Shown piece by piece: positions 9,042 to 19,790 of a stretch of DNA of 20,000 nucleotides (the stretch's first letter is position 1; the number at the start of each line of letters is the position of its first letter). The position numbers and the translations under genes are program-made. The notes below the pieces were generated by a model, which was given only the letters and a program-made list of their open reading frames with translations, did no database searches and was not told the origin of the DNA. Source of the DNA: Chiloscyllium plagiosum (taxonomy: Eukaryota); NCBI RefSeq assembly GCF_004010195.1, contig NC_057759.1, positions 4,445,648-4,465,647 of the forward strand, written 5' to 3'.

Positions 9042-9515
9042 TAATTGACCATGCTCAAGAGACCAAAATTAAGTAAGTGCAGATATCTTGAAAGATTGTG
9101 TGGCTGGCAGAGATTAGAGGTGGGACTGATCACTATCATAGAGGGATTTGAAAAGAACGACGAGAAATTTGTTAACATTTTGCTTTTCCTCAATTTGCGA
9201 CCTCTTCAGGTCAATGGGCTCAGGGTGAGGAGAACAAAACTCAGTGTGAGTGAGCACACGGGCAGCGGGGTATTGGATGAGCTGAACATTACAGGGAGAT
9301 TGAAAGTGGGAGGTGGATCAGGAGTGTGTTAGGGTCATTCAGTCTCAAGGTTACAAAGGACTGGATGAGATTTCAGCACCTGGAGCTTAAAATGTGTTGG
9401 AGTCAGGCCACGTTACTGGAATGGAAATAAAACGTCACAGTGAGGATATGAGTCTGTGATTCAAAGCTAATCTCCAAATGCGATATTCCCTTAATGTTGT
9501 GAAGAGCCTGGTTCA
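9042..9515 (-). mobile_element. Duplicated L2 fragment
   Basis: Mirror image of 8320-8791. Confidence 0.75.
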
Positions 9516-10055
9516 GACAGTTACCAGAGGGAGCGATACAGGTGGAGTTAGGAAGTTTTGTAACAGGGACTGAAGCCAGCAGTCTTCAGTGAACAAAGGA
9601 TCAGGAGTAGGCCTTTCAGCTGTTCCACTATTGAATGAACTCATGGCTGCTGTGTGGAGTTCAGCCTTTGGCCCATATCCCAGAATGCCTTTGTTGAACA
9701 AATGTTTATCTGTCTCAGATTGGAAACTAACAACTTAGAGATTGATTTCCAAACCTCTTCCACCCTTTTCATATCAAAGTCATTCCTCACATCTCTCTCG
9801 AACAGACTCTGCTCCCACGTTTTTGATTAAATTGGAGAAAGTTTGTATTCATTCAGCACTGGATGTTGGGACGTTGTGTGAGTTGGAGGGAGCTTCGGGG
9901 AGTGTTGGTCACATACGCCTGCACTGCGGTCCTTCATGGTGGTGCAAGTGGCTGTTTTGGGAGGTTATGCTCAAGGTATGGTTGAGCAGTTGGTCGATAA
10001 AACCCCTCTCATTCTCCTTCCAGCACTGTGGAATATAATTTGGGAGAATATATTT

Positions 10056-10358
10056 GGCGGCACGGTAGCTCAGTGGTTAGCACTGCTGCCTCACAGCACC
10101 AGAGTCCCAGGTTCGATTCCAGCTGCGGGTGGAGTTTGCACATTACCCCCAAAACTGCATGAATTTCCTCTGGGTGCTCCGGTTTCCTCCCACAGTCCAA
10201 AGATGTGCAGGTCAGGTGAACTGGCCATGGTAAATTGCCCATAGTGTTAGATGCATCATTCAGAGGGAAATGGGTCTGGGTGGTTACTTTTCAGAGGGTC
10301 AGTGTGGACTGGTTGGGCAGAAGGGCCTGTTTTCACACTGTAGGGAATCTAATCTAAT
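10056..10358 (+). mobile_element. HE1-type tRNA-derived SINE (V-SINE-like)
   Basis: A box 'tagctcagtgg', B box 'ggttcgattcc', core 'ggtgctccggtttcctcccacagtccaaagatgtgcagg', CR1-like tail 'gggcagaagggcctgttttcacactgta' plus (atcta)n. Absent from the left arm. Confidence 0.93.
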
Positions 10359-10645
10359 GTGCATTTCGGCAGGAAGACGATGAATATTATTTAACGAGAG
10401 GCTGTGCTGCTCAGTGTGTCCAAGGCCGAGATAAATAGATTTTTAATCAGTAAGGGATTCAAGGGTGGGGGCATAGGCAGGAAAATCGAGCTGAGGATTA
10501 TTGGATCAGCTCTGATCTCACTGAATGGTGACAGCAGACTTGCTGGGTTGAGTTACCTACTTCTGCTCTTTAATCTGATGGTTTTAAACCTTTTCTTTTT
10601 CGGGATCTCACTTGTTTTGCTTTTTGTTTTCAATGAATTTCACAG

Positions 10646-11518
10646 GGAATTAGAAGATGATTTGCAATGAGGAGACTTAAAACCAGGCATCACTTCCCAA
10701 TCTGCGGAGTTTATTGCCGCCTGAATATCATTGGGTTTTGAAATAAAAAAGCACCGTTCACAGTGGGGGAGAAACCGTACATGTGTTGTACATGTGGACA
10801 AGTCTTCAGCAGATCACTGCTCGTCACGATATAAATACGGCCACACTGGGGAAAGGCCATTCATCTGTTCCAAGGGTGGGAAAGGATTCACTCGATCATC
10901 CACCTTTCTGAAACCCAAGCAAGTTCACACAGAGAACAGACCTTTGAAATGCTCAGAATGTGGGAGGTGTTTTAAAAACTCGGGGGCACTGATATCCCAA
11001 CAACATGCTCACTGTGTGGAGTTTGCACGTTCTCCCCGTGCCTGGGTGGGTTTCCTCCGGGTGCTCCGGTTTCCTCCCACAGTCCAAAGATGTGCAGGTC
11101 AGGTGAATTGGCCATGCTAAATTGATGGTAGTGTTAGGTAAGGGGTAAATGTAGGGGTATGGGTGGTTTGCACTACGGCGGGTCGGTGTGGACTTGTTGG
11201 GCCGAAGGGCCTGTTTCCACACTGTAAAGTAATCTAATCAAAAATCTAATCTAATCACAGTGACGAAAGACCCTTCATGTGCTCTCAGTGTGGGTGTGGG
11301 TTCAAGCCATCATCCAACCTCATTAAATACCAGCGATCCACACTGGGGAGAGACCATTCACCTGCTCACACGACAGGAAAGGATTTTCTCATAAATCCAA
11401 CCTGTTAAAACACCAGCGATCTCTCGGAAGGTAGAGGCTGTTCTGCTGTACTGACTGTGCGAAGAGATTCATTGTGAAATCCAGTCTGCTGAAACACCAG
11501 CGTATTCATGAGAAATGA
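10646..11518 (+). pseudogene. C2H2 zinc-finger pseudogene exon, copy 2, interrupted by a SINE
   Basis: Acceptor 'aatttcacAG' (10644-10645). HTGERPFICSKGGKGFTRSSTFLKPKQVHTENRPLKCSECGRCF...; the last finger CTDCAKRFIVKSSLLKHQRIHEK* ends at 11518. Confidence 0.9.
11013..11255 (+). mobile_element. 5'-truncated HE1-type SINE
   Basis: Runs from 'tgtgtggagtttgcacgttctccccgtg' to an (atcta)n tail, flanked by 'tcac' at 11009-11012 and 11255-11258. The left arm has an empty site. Confidence 0.95.
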
Positions 11519-11643
11519 CAGTGCCTGGTTTTTACTGTGAACATCTCCTTGCTTCATGCTCTCAGCCAGAAGATTTTGTTTCAATTCCCACCTGATATGG
11601 AGCTATGTCAAAGAACTTAATTATTTTTGAAATTGATAACTGA

Positions 11644-12143
11644 NNNNNNNNNNNNNNNNNNNNNNNNNNNNNNNNNNNNNNNNNNNNNNNNNNNNNNNNN
11701 NNNNNNNNNNNNNNNNNNNNNNNNNNNNNNNNNNNNNNNNNNNNNNNNNNNNNNNNNNNNNNNNNNNNNNNNNNNNNNNNNNNNNNNNNNNNNNNNNNNN
11801 NNNNNNNNNNNNNNNNNNNNNNNNNNNNNNNNNNNNNNNNNNNNNNNNNNNNNNNNNNNNNNNNNNNNNNNNNNNNNNNNNNNNNNNNNNNNNNNNNNNN
11901 NNNNNNNNNNNNNNNNNNNNNNNNNNNNNNNNNNNNNNNNNNNNNNNNNNNNNNNNNNNNNNNNNNNNNNNNNNNNNNNNNNNNNNNNNNNNNNNNNNNN
12001 NNNNNNNNNNNNNNNNNNNNNNNNNNNNNNNNNNNNNNNNNNNNNNNNNNNNNNNNNNNNNNNNNNNNNNNNNNNNNNNNNNNNNNNNNNNNNNNNNNNN
12101 NNNNNNNNNNNNNNNNNNNNNNNNNNNNNNNNNNNNNNNNNNN
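11644..12143. other. Assembly gap (500 N)
   Basis: Run of N. Confidence 1.
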
Positions 12144-12450
12144 ATGTTTGCTCTTGTGGGAGAATCTAGAACGAGGTGTTATCGGTTCAGGATAAGGAGC
12201 TGGCAGATTGAAAACAGAGATAAGGAGGAATGAATTCGCTCAAATGAGGAAGGGGTTGTAAATCTGTGGGATCACTCCTCCCAACCCCCACACTGCATAA
12301 ATTGGAGGAGGAGGCAGACAGATTGTTAATGAGTGATGGGTCAAAGGGAGTGTTTGCAGGAAAGTGGAGTTGAGGCTGAGATGGGATAGCGGAGCAGGTT
12401 CCTGACGGGTTAAATGGACTCAACCTGATCCTAGACTGTATGTTCTTGTG
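12144..12450 (+). mobile_element. Degraded CR1 3' end
   Basis: 'atgtttgctcttgtgggagaatctagaacgagg', 'aaaacagagataaggagg', 'gttgtaaatctgtgg', and tail 'taaatggactcaacctgatccta'. Confidence 0.75.
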
Positions 12451-12469
12451 GAGTTAGGAGCAAAACAAC

Positions 12470-13712
12470 TAGGATGGAGAAAATGAAGTTTGATTTACCA
12501 AAATAGGTTTTAATTCATGAACATTCAAAAATAAAGACAAAATTGATTCAACACAAATTTGGCGAATGACGTTGGTCGAAAACAACGGAAAGACAATACA
12601 TTTAGGGGGGTAAAAAAACTAAAACGGGTGCAGGAGCAGAGGGAGCCTGCGGGTATATGTCCACAGATCAGTGAAGGCGGCATAACAGGAGGAGAGCAGT
12701 TAGTAAAACACACAGCATCCTCGGCTTTATTAATAGGGTCATAGAGATCAAAAACAAGAAGGTAATGTTGAAGTTGTACAAGACACTGGTGGATCTCCGC
12801 TGAGTGTCAGAGAGAGAGAGAGAAGAGAGTGATGACTGATAGGTGGTGGTTTAACCTGAGGGTTACCATGCCTCACACAAGGAGAAGAGATGGAGAAGGA
12901 GAGTCCTTCATAGTAATCTCAGCCAGTGAGAGATTCAAACCCACGCTGTCAATCTTTCTCCACATTTCAAACTAGCCATCCAGCCAAATGAGCTAACCCA
13001 ACACCCAGCACAAAGCAGAGGGCAGAAAAGAAATTAATTCCAGCAACAGCACAAGTATTGAATGGAGAATAGTAGATCATATTGGAGATAAACCTTTGAT
13101 CTGTTGGGGATTTCTTTGTAAGTGTATAAATCTTAACGTCACCAGCAACAGAAGCTGAATTTAGAAATACATTTGACAAAGGGAGTTGGCACTCTCTTAC
13201 CCAGGCTGGTTTTGTTCTGTTCTGTTCTGGACACCTGATTTAAGGAAGGCTGTTCAGACCCTGCAGATAGTGTGAAGGAGCTGTATGAGAATGATACCAA
13301 CGATGAGGGATTTTAGATGCAGGGAAAGGTTCAGGAGATTGAGCTTATTCTCTTTCGAGCAGAGAAGATTAAGTGGTGACCTTATTGAGGTATTGAAAAT
13401 TTGAACAATTCGGACGGGAAAGCAAGTTATGGTTTCCCATTCATTGTATATTAGTAACTGGCTAGAAAGAATTTCATGATTGTCAGTGAGATGAGGAGAA
13501 ACGTATTGGGTTGTTGAGTTTGGAATGTGCTGCTTGGGAGGCAGATTCCATAGGAGGTTCGAAAAGAGAGCTGGATATAAATTTGAAAGGGGTGACGTTA
13601 GAGGGCTGCAGAGATAGGGCTGGAGAGTGGGACAAGCGGGGTAGCTCTTTCAGGAGCTGGTACAGACACGAGTGGCCTCCTTCCATAAGTAAAAGTTTAT
13701 GATTCTATGATC
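12470..13712 (+). mobile_element. Degraded CR1 fragment split by an insertion at ~12805-13200
   Basis: 'gtgcaggagcagaggga' and 'ttgtacaagacactggt' are followed, after the insert, by 'gttctggacacctgatttaaggaagg' and 'gagcagagaagattaagtggtgaccttattgaggta'. Ends in a 'tatgattctatga' tail. Confidence 0.75.
12835..12998 (-). mobile_element. tRNA-derived SINE of a second, older family
   Basis: Minus strand has A-box-like 'ggttagctcatttggctgg', B-box-like 'gggtttgaatctc', and body 'ggtaaccctcaggttaaaccaccacc'. A related fragment lies at ~19735-19765. Confidence 0.65.
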
Positions 13713-14164
13713 ATAAAAGTTCTGAACCAGATTCTGGACAATTCCATTTAAGTCATTCCTTGGGGCCTTGGCTCAGTGACCTTATTGCCAGGGATTTTTG
13801 CACGCGAACAGCAGCAAATTGTTGTAACAAGCAGGATTGGAACTTGGTTGGGCAATGGTCTGGAAATATTTCATTCCAAGGGAGGTGATGGGAAATCGAG
13901 CTGAGGGCATGAGTGAGGACAGACCTGCAAGAAATTTTGAATATGCAGAGATCGGGTCAAGTCTATTGAATGGTGAATGTGAATCTGTGAGCTGTTGATC
14001 CTATATCATCACGTATTGGTCAGCGTTCATGCTGGTATTCATCTGATTGGGAAGATCAACAAAAACAAATCTCTGGAAGCGTCGGAAGGAAGTTTGGGTT
14101 GGTTCCTGAACAACAGAGAAGGTTGATGGTGGAGGGGTCATGATAGAGGTCTGTAAGATCGGTA

Positions 14165-14870
14165 GTGTTGTATAGCAGAGAGACCTAAGGGTTCAGGTAC
14201 ATAATTCTTTGGGGTTTGTGTCACAGCAGACAGGGAGTTTGAGAAGGTGTTTAGAACACTTGCCTTCGTTGCTCAGCCCATTGAGTGTTGGAGTTCGGAC
14301 ACCATGTTATGGTTATACAGGACACTGGTGAAGCCTGTTCTGGTGTATTGTGTCCAGTTCTGGTTGCGCTGTTATGGGAAGGAAAGTGTTAGGCTGGAGA
14401 GGGTTCAGAAAAGATATATCAGTACGTCATTAGGAATGGAGAGATTGAGTTATAAAGAGAGGCTGGATGGGCTGGGACTATTTTAACCAGTTTGAGGGGT
14501 ATGGAGGTTTATGAAATCATGATGGGCATAGATGAGGTGAATGGCAGGTGTCTTTTCCCAAGGGTGGGGGACTTCAAGATCAATGGACATATTTTTCAGG
14601 TGACAGGAAAAACATTTTTAAAAACGAAATGATGGACAACATTTTTTTTATGGCTACTGGTTCAAGTGGGGAGTTAACTTCCAGATGAAGTGGCGGATAC
14701 AAGGACAGTTACAGTGTTTAAAAGACATTTAGAGAAGTACAACAATTGGAACGGTTTGGAGAGATATGGGTCAAGAGCAAACAAGTGGGACTAGTTTAGT
14801 TTGAGGTTATGGACGGCATGGACTGTTTGGACTGAAGGGTCTGTTTCCTTGCAGTATGACTCTGCAATGC
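14165..14870 (+). mobile_element. CR1 LINE 3' fragment
   Basis: RDLRVQVH...LYRTLVKPVLVYCVQFW...LERVQKR...LSYKERLDGLGLF, with tail 'ggactgaagggtctgtttccttgcagtatgactct'. Confidence 0.9.
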
Positions 14871-14871
14871 T

Positions 14872-15030
14872 ATTATGAGGGACGTGGACAGGGGGACAGG
14901 AAGCAGCTGTTTCCCTTAGTCAAAGGGTCAGTAACAAGGGGGACATCATTTTAAAGTGAAGGGTTAGAGGTTTCGAGAGCAATTTGAGGATTGTTTCACC
15001 CACAGGATAGCGGGGATCTGGAATGTGTGA
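14872..15030 (+). mobile_element. Short CR1 fragment
   Basis: 'ctgtttcccttagtcaaagggtcagtaacaaggggg' and 'tttaaagtgaagggttagagg'. Confidence 0.7.
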
Positions 15031-15147
15031 AAATAAAATATTTGGACTTTCAGTCTCTATTTGTAATCACTAATTGCTCCGGTGTGTGGAAATGCCACTT
15101 GGCAACTGCAGGGGATTCCATGATTTATTAATGTGGAATATTTGTAT

Positions 15148-15770
15148 AAAGGAGCAGGAGGAAGCCATTCAGCCCTTTTGATCCTGTTCAACCATTCAAC
15201 GGCAGATCTGTGACCTGACTCCACAGACCTGCCTGTGGCCTCTATCCCCTTTAATAACTTTGTTGAACAACAACAACAACAAAAAAATTGTCTCTCACAT
15301 TTAGAACTAACTGATCCAGCAATGCCTGCTGTTTGTGGGAGAGAGTTCCAAACCCCTCCCAGCCTCTGTGCGTAGTAATACTTCCTAACATCTCTCCTGA
15401 ACAGTCTGGCCCTAATTCTCCAGCTATGCCCTCCCTAGTTCAAGGATCCCCAACCAGTGGAAACGCTTTCAATTTCTATACCCTGTCTTCTGTTAATATC
15501 TTCGATCAAATCATCCCTAAACCCTGTAAATTCTCGACAGGACAGGCTTAATTTGTGTAATCTGTCCTCATAACTTAACCCCTGAAGCCCAGGTATCAAT
15601 CTTGTAAACTCACGCTGTACTCCCAGGCCAATCTATCCTTCCTCAGGTGTGGTGCCCAGATCTGCTCCAAGTGGCGTCTAACCAGGGTTTTGTACAACTG
15701 AAGCATCCCTTCTGCATCCCTGTACTCCAGTCCTCTCGATATAAAGGCCAGCATTCCATTAGCTTTCTTC
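15148..15770 (-). mobile_element. CR1 LINE 3' fragment
   Basis: Minus strand KKANGMLAFISRGLEYRDAEGMLQLYKTLVRRHLE..WAPHLRKD. 3' end 'aggagcaggaggaagccattcagccc' (rc). Confidence 0.9.
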
Positions 15771-16224
15771 AGATAATGAATATCAAATGAAAAGAAATAC
15801 AGAAATTGTTGGAGAAACTCAGCAGGAACAGATACTATTTGCCACCTGGGGACTGTCTGACTGCTGTTGAAGACAACTTTCCATCTTTTCTTTTGACCCT
15901 TTAGTTTTGAGCTGTGCTGGAGCCATGCACTCTTCAGTGAAGAACACAGGGATATAGGTTGGCAAATATTCATTTTGTTTAAAAACCTCGAGATCCTCTA
16001 ACAAGGGGGGTACTTTGAGAATTATTACTAAACAACAGAAATTCAAAGGCTTTCCGTATATCTGAGGGAGGCTGTGTGCAATGGATGTGACTGAACTTGG
16101 AATTTGTGGGGTACACCCCGGGATCCATCTGAGGAAGATAGAACAATATTGATTCTTCATGATTTTATTCCTTTATTCCTTAGAGTGATATATATAGTCA
16201 GAGTCTTCCCTGATTGAGCCATTC

Positions 16225-16767
16225 CAAGTATCTCAGTCTCAAGTCAGGAGTGTGATGGAATGCTCCCTACTTGCCTGGATGGTTGCAGCTCCAACAATAT
16301 TCGAAAAGCTCAACATCGAGAGAAATAGCAGTCCCCACTTAATTGGAACCACATCCACAAGCATCTACTCCCTCTGCTACCCATGCTCAGTAGCAGCATT
16401 ACCAGAATGTACTGTGAAAATACACCAAAGATCCTCAGGCAACACCTTCAAAACCCATGACCACTTCCATCTAGAAGGACAAGTGCAGCAGATATGTGGG
16501 AACACCCACCCTCTACAAGTTCCCCTTTTGGCCACTCAGTGTCCTGACTTGGAAATATAACACTGTTCCTCTGGTGTCATTAGGTCAAAATCCTGGAATT
16601 CCCTCTCTCGGGGCAATGCATGTCTATCTACAGCGCATGGACTGCAGCAGATCAAGAAAGCAGCTTCTCCCTACCTTCTCAAGTAGACAACTAAGGATGA
16701 GTTGGGCAATAAACACAGGGTCCAGTGGGTGATGCCCATGTGTCATGAGTGATTAATAATAAAAAAG
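16225..16767 (+). mobile_element. Degraded LINE 3' end (CR1/L2 group, distinct from the HER1-like family)
   Basis: QVRSVMECSLLAWMVAAPTIFEKLNI...LIG, ending 'gggcaataaacac...gatgccca...attaataataaaaaa'. Confidence 0.8.
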
Positions 16768-16899
16768 TTTGTAAATTACCCCAGGGCCTCCACCTTCTTT
16801 ATGTGAGCTTGTTCTGGGAGGGTAGGCACAAACTTTGTTGTGAATGTTGATGCAAAATGTTATTGAGTCACCTGGTTTGTGAACTGCTTTGAAAATGTT

Positions 16900-17213
16900 T
16901 TAGATTAGATTACTTTACAGTGTGGAAACAGGCCCTTCGGCCCAACAAGTCCACACCGACCCGCCGAAGCGTAACCCACCCATACCCCTACATTTACCCC
17001 TTACCTAACACTACGGGCAATTTAGCATGGCCAATTCACCTGACCCTGCACATCTTTGGACTGTGGGAGGAAACCGGAGCACCCGGAGGAAACCCACGCA
17101 GACACGGGGAGAACGTGCAAACTCCACACAGTCAGTCGCCTGAGGCGGGAATTGAACCCGGGTCTCTGGCGCTGCGAGGCAGCAGTGCTAACCACTGTGC
17201 CACCGTGCCGCCC
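16900..17213 (-). mobile_element. Full-length, young HE1-type SINE
   Basis: Minus strand begins gggcggcacggtggcacagtggttagc (A box), has B box 'ggttcaattcc', retained CpGs and an (atcta)n tail. Very similar to 11013-11255. Confidence 0.96.
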
Positions 17214-17934
17214 ATATGTTGCTGTATAGCCAAGAGCTTCGGTTTATATTACTGTTGGGTTGGGGCTATGACCTTAATTATCAATCCGTATTTAATTTTG
17301 AGGCATAGTTTGCTGTTATTTTAACATTCTGATCTCTAATCTTTTGGTTCACTTTGCTTATTGTTTTTTTGATTATAGATGACTCTGAAACAGATAGCAA
17401 TTTGGTGTACTCAGTTTTCACCATCTCAAAGCCAAGAAAGGCTGGTAAAGAATATAATATATATACACTTCTGGTTAAGAACATTTCTGGTTCAGTGAAA
17501 GTGGAGATTTTCTTTGGTTTATCTTAACCCTCAAAAACCCAGCCACTTTGAAACATCGCGAGTGTTTTCTTGCTTATAGCATGGAGCGAAGGTCTGCCCA
17601 AGCTTTTTGAATCTTTTTACATTTGAATTTATTAATCATCGATAGTGTTTGCATCCATATAAATCAGAGAGATGTTCCATCTATGTCAACTAAATTAACA
17701 ACAGGGCAATGTGAATTGGAAGAGGGAACATTACACTGATAGCTAATTACTTTACCTTGCATCTTGTTTTCAGGGGATTCCTACATTTTAGGCACTGGGA
17801 CATCAATCTGTAGATTGCCCCAGTACAACAGCTTATTGTTTGAGAATGGTCCCTTCTGGCCTTGGTCTTTGGGGGCAAGCAGCCATTTGCTCTGGGTCTA
17901 GCATCATTCACATGAGGAGTGTTTCATTTCATTG

Positions 17935-18425
17935 CCCTGATAGGTGGAAGGACAGGTAGTATTGAGGAAGGGGTAAGGCTGCAGAAGGATTTACAAGAAA
18001 AATCCCAGGGATGAAGAGCTTGTCATATGAGGAGAGGTTGAGGAATATGAGTCTGGACTCATTTAGAAAGGCGAGGGTGAATCTGGTTGAAACTTGGAGA
18101 AACTTGAGAGGCCTGGATAGAGTGGACATAGAGAAGATGTTTCCACGAGTAGGAGAGACTAAGACCCGAAGGCACAGCCTCAGAGTGAAGGGAACTCCCT
18201 TTAGAACGGAGATGAGGAGGAATTTCTTCAGCCAGACAGTGGGGAATCTGTGGAACTCTTTATTCAGAGGGCTGTTATTATGTCTTTAAGATAGGTTCTT
18301 GATCAGTAGGAGGATCAATTGTTACAGAGAGAAGGCAGGAGAATGGGGTTAACAAACATATCAGCCATAACGGAATGGTGCAACAGACTTGATGGGCCGA
18401 ATGCCTGCTATATCTTATGGTCTTG
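17935..18425 (+). mobile_element. CR1 LINE 3' fragment
   Basis: PGMKSLSYEERLRNMSLDSFRKARVNLVET...MFPRVGETKTRRHSLRVKG.PFRTEMRRNFFSQ.V.NLWNSL, with tail 'gatgggccgaatgcctgctatatcttatggtctt'. Confidence 0.92.
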
Positions 18426-18624
18426 GTTACTAAGAGACTAATAGGCTGATGCATCACACAGTTTAGGCCCTCAGATTTAGAGCTTTCTGAGCATATACTA
18501 TGAGCCAGCCACACTAAAAAGTGTTCAGGCAGCTGGACGATCAACACAACATGCAGACTAGGAGCCCACGGGACCCTGCTTCCCCCATTCTTTACAGCTG
18601 AGGCTCATCTCATCCCAGCCTCAC

Positions 18625-18985
18625 TGCAGTTTCCTCCCCCCTCCCTTTAACCCCTCACTGATTAACAATCTGTCTGTCCCTTCCTTCTTTTTATTCAGTG
18701 TCCCGACATGCACCCACATACTGGGAAGTGAATTCCCTGAGATTCTCACCCCCTCTGCCTTGGAGCGAAGCCATTTCTCAACATCTCTTGTTTCAATCTG
18801 TTCCACCCCCTTCTCCTGAAACAATGACCCTCTTGTTCTAAATTGTCACACCTGAGGAAACATCCTCTCCGTCTCCTTTGTCAATCCCACCTCCTTTACC
18901 ACCCTATATCCCACAGTTGGATCTCCCTTATTCCTCTAAACGCCAGAGCATATTGACCTTAACTGCTGAATCTCTCTTTCGACGA
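18625..18985 (-). mobile_element. Highly degraded CR1 fragment
   Basis: rc motifs 'gggaagtgaattccctgagattctcaccccctctg' and 'gaccctcttgttcta'. Confidence 0.6.
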
Positions 18986-19119
18986 CAAACCTCACTATAT
19001 GGTATCTTGGATGTAGTTTACACATCTCAAGGTGAGTTAGTCATTATTTCCGGGAAGTCTGCGGCCCAGAAAAAGGCCCGAGTCTGTGCTGGCCAGAAAC
19101 AACCACCTCAATATTCTCT

Positions 19120-19515
19120 TATCCCATTTCCCCAGCACTTGGCTTCATAGCCTTGGCGTCACGAGTGCACTTTTAAATCCTCCTTCAATGTAATGAGAGT
19201 TTCTGCGTCTCCCACCCTTACAGGCAGTGACTTCCAGATTGAACACCACCCTCTGGGTGAACAAGATTTTCCTCACATCCCTTCAAAACTTCCTGGCCCT
19301 TACCTTCAATCTATACCCCTCCCCCACCTCCATCAAGCGGGGAGTTTCTTCCTGCCTCCCCTATCTTCATCCCTCATCATTTAATACATCCCTCTCTTTC
19401 AATCTACCCTGCTGTAAGGACAACAACCCCAGTCTGTCCAACCTCTCTCAATCACTGAAACTCTCCAGCCCCCAAGGCAATATATTGGTAATTCTCCCTG
19501 TGCACCCTTTCCCAC
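19120..19515 (-). mobile_element. Degraded CR1 fragment
   Basis: 'caccctta caggcagtgacttccagatt...caccctctgggtgaa' and 'aacaaccccagtctgtccaacctctc'. Same subfamily as 1240-1610, opposite strand. Confidence 0.8.
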
Positions 19516-19790
19516 TTCATTTAGATATGTACCGTTGGTAAAGTGTCTTTTCTTTTATTTACAGCTCACTCCAGTAGTGCATCAGGGAGGAAACATACAT
19601 AATATTTTGCAGTGAAAAAGAGGGCAGCTAATTTGTAATCAGCAGAGTTATGTTTTTAGCAAGCAGTTAATGTAAAGTCACCATTAGAGAGAGGGAGAAA
19701 GGGGTGTGGGGGAGAAAAAGCAAACAACTGTTTTATGGTTTAACCTGAGGGACACCACATCTAAAGCACAGGAAATGATCACTCACAGTA

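Larger units (their letters stand above)
9042..11643. repeat. Right arm of the inverted duplication (runs into the gap)
   Basis: rc of 6299-8791, with two SINE insertions and a ~500-bp deletion relative to the left arm. Confidence 0.97.

Noticed and set aside
10056..10130. tRNA gene (also 17140-17213)
   Set aside because: The A/B boxes belong to SINE heads and continue into SINE body and tail.
11627..12169. 180-aa ORF
   Set aside because: Almost entirely N.
15890..16160. Non-repeat segment with a minus-strand ORF and an acceptor-like 'ttctatcttcctcAG'
   Set aside because: No recognisable protein in any frame and no convincing donor, so I cannot support an exon.
17740..17930. Strong acceptor-like site at 17773 and a small hairpin at ~17793-17824
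   Set aside because: Two frames stop quickly, the third is unrecognisable, there is no clear donor, and the hairpin is short enough to be chance.
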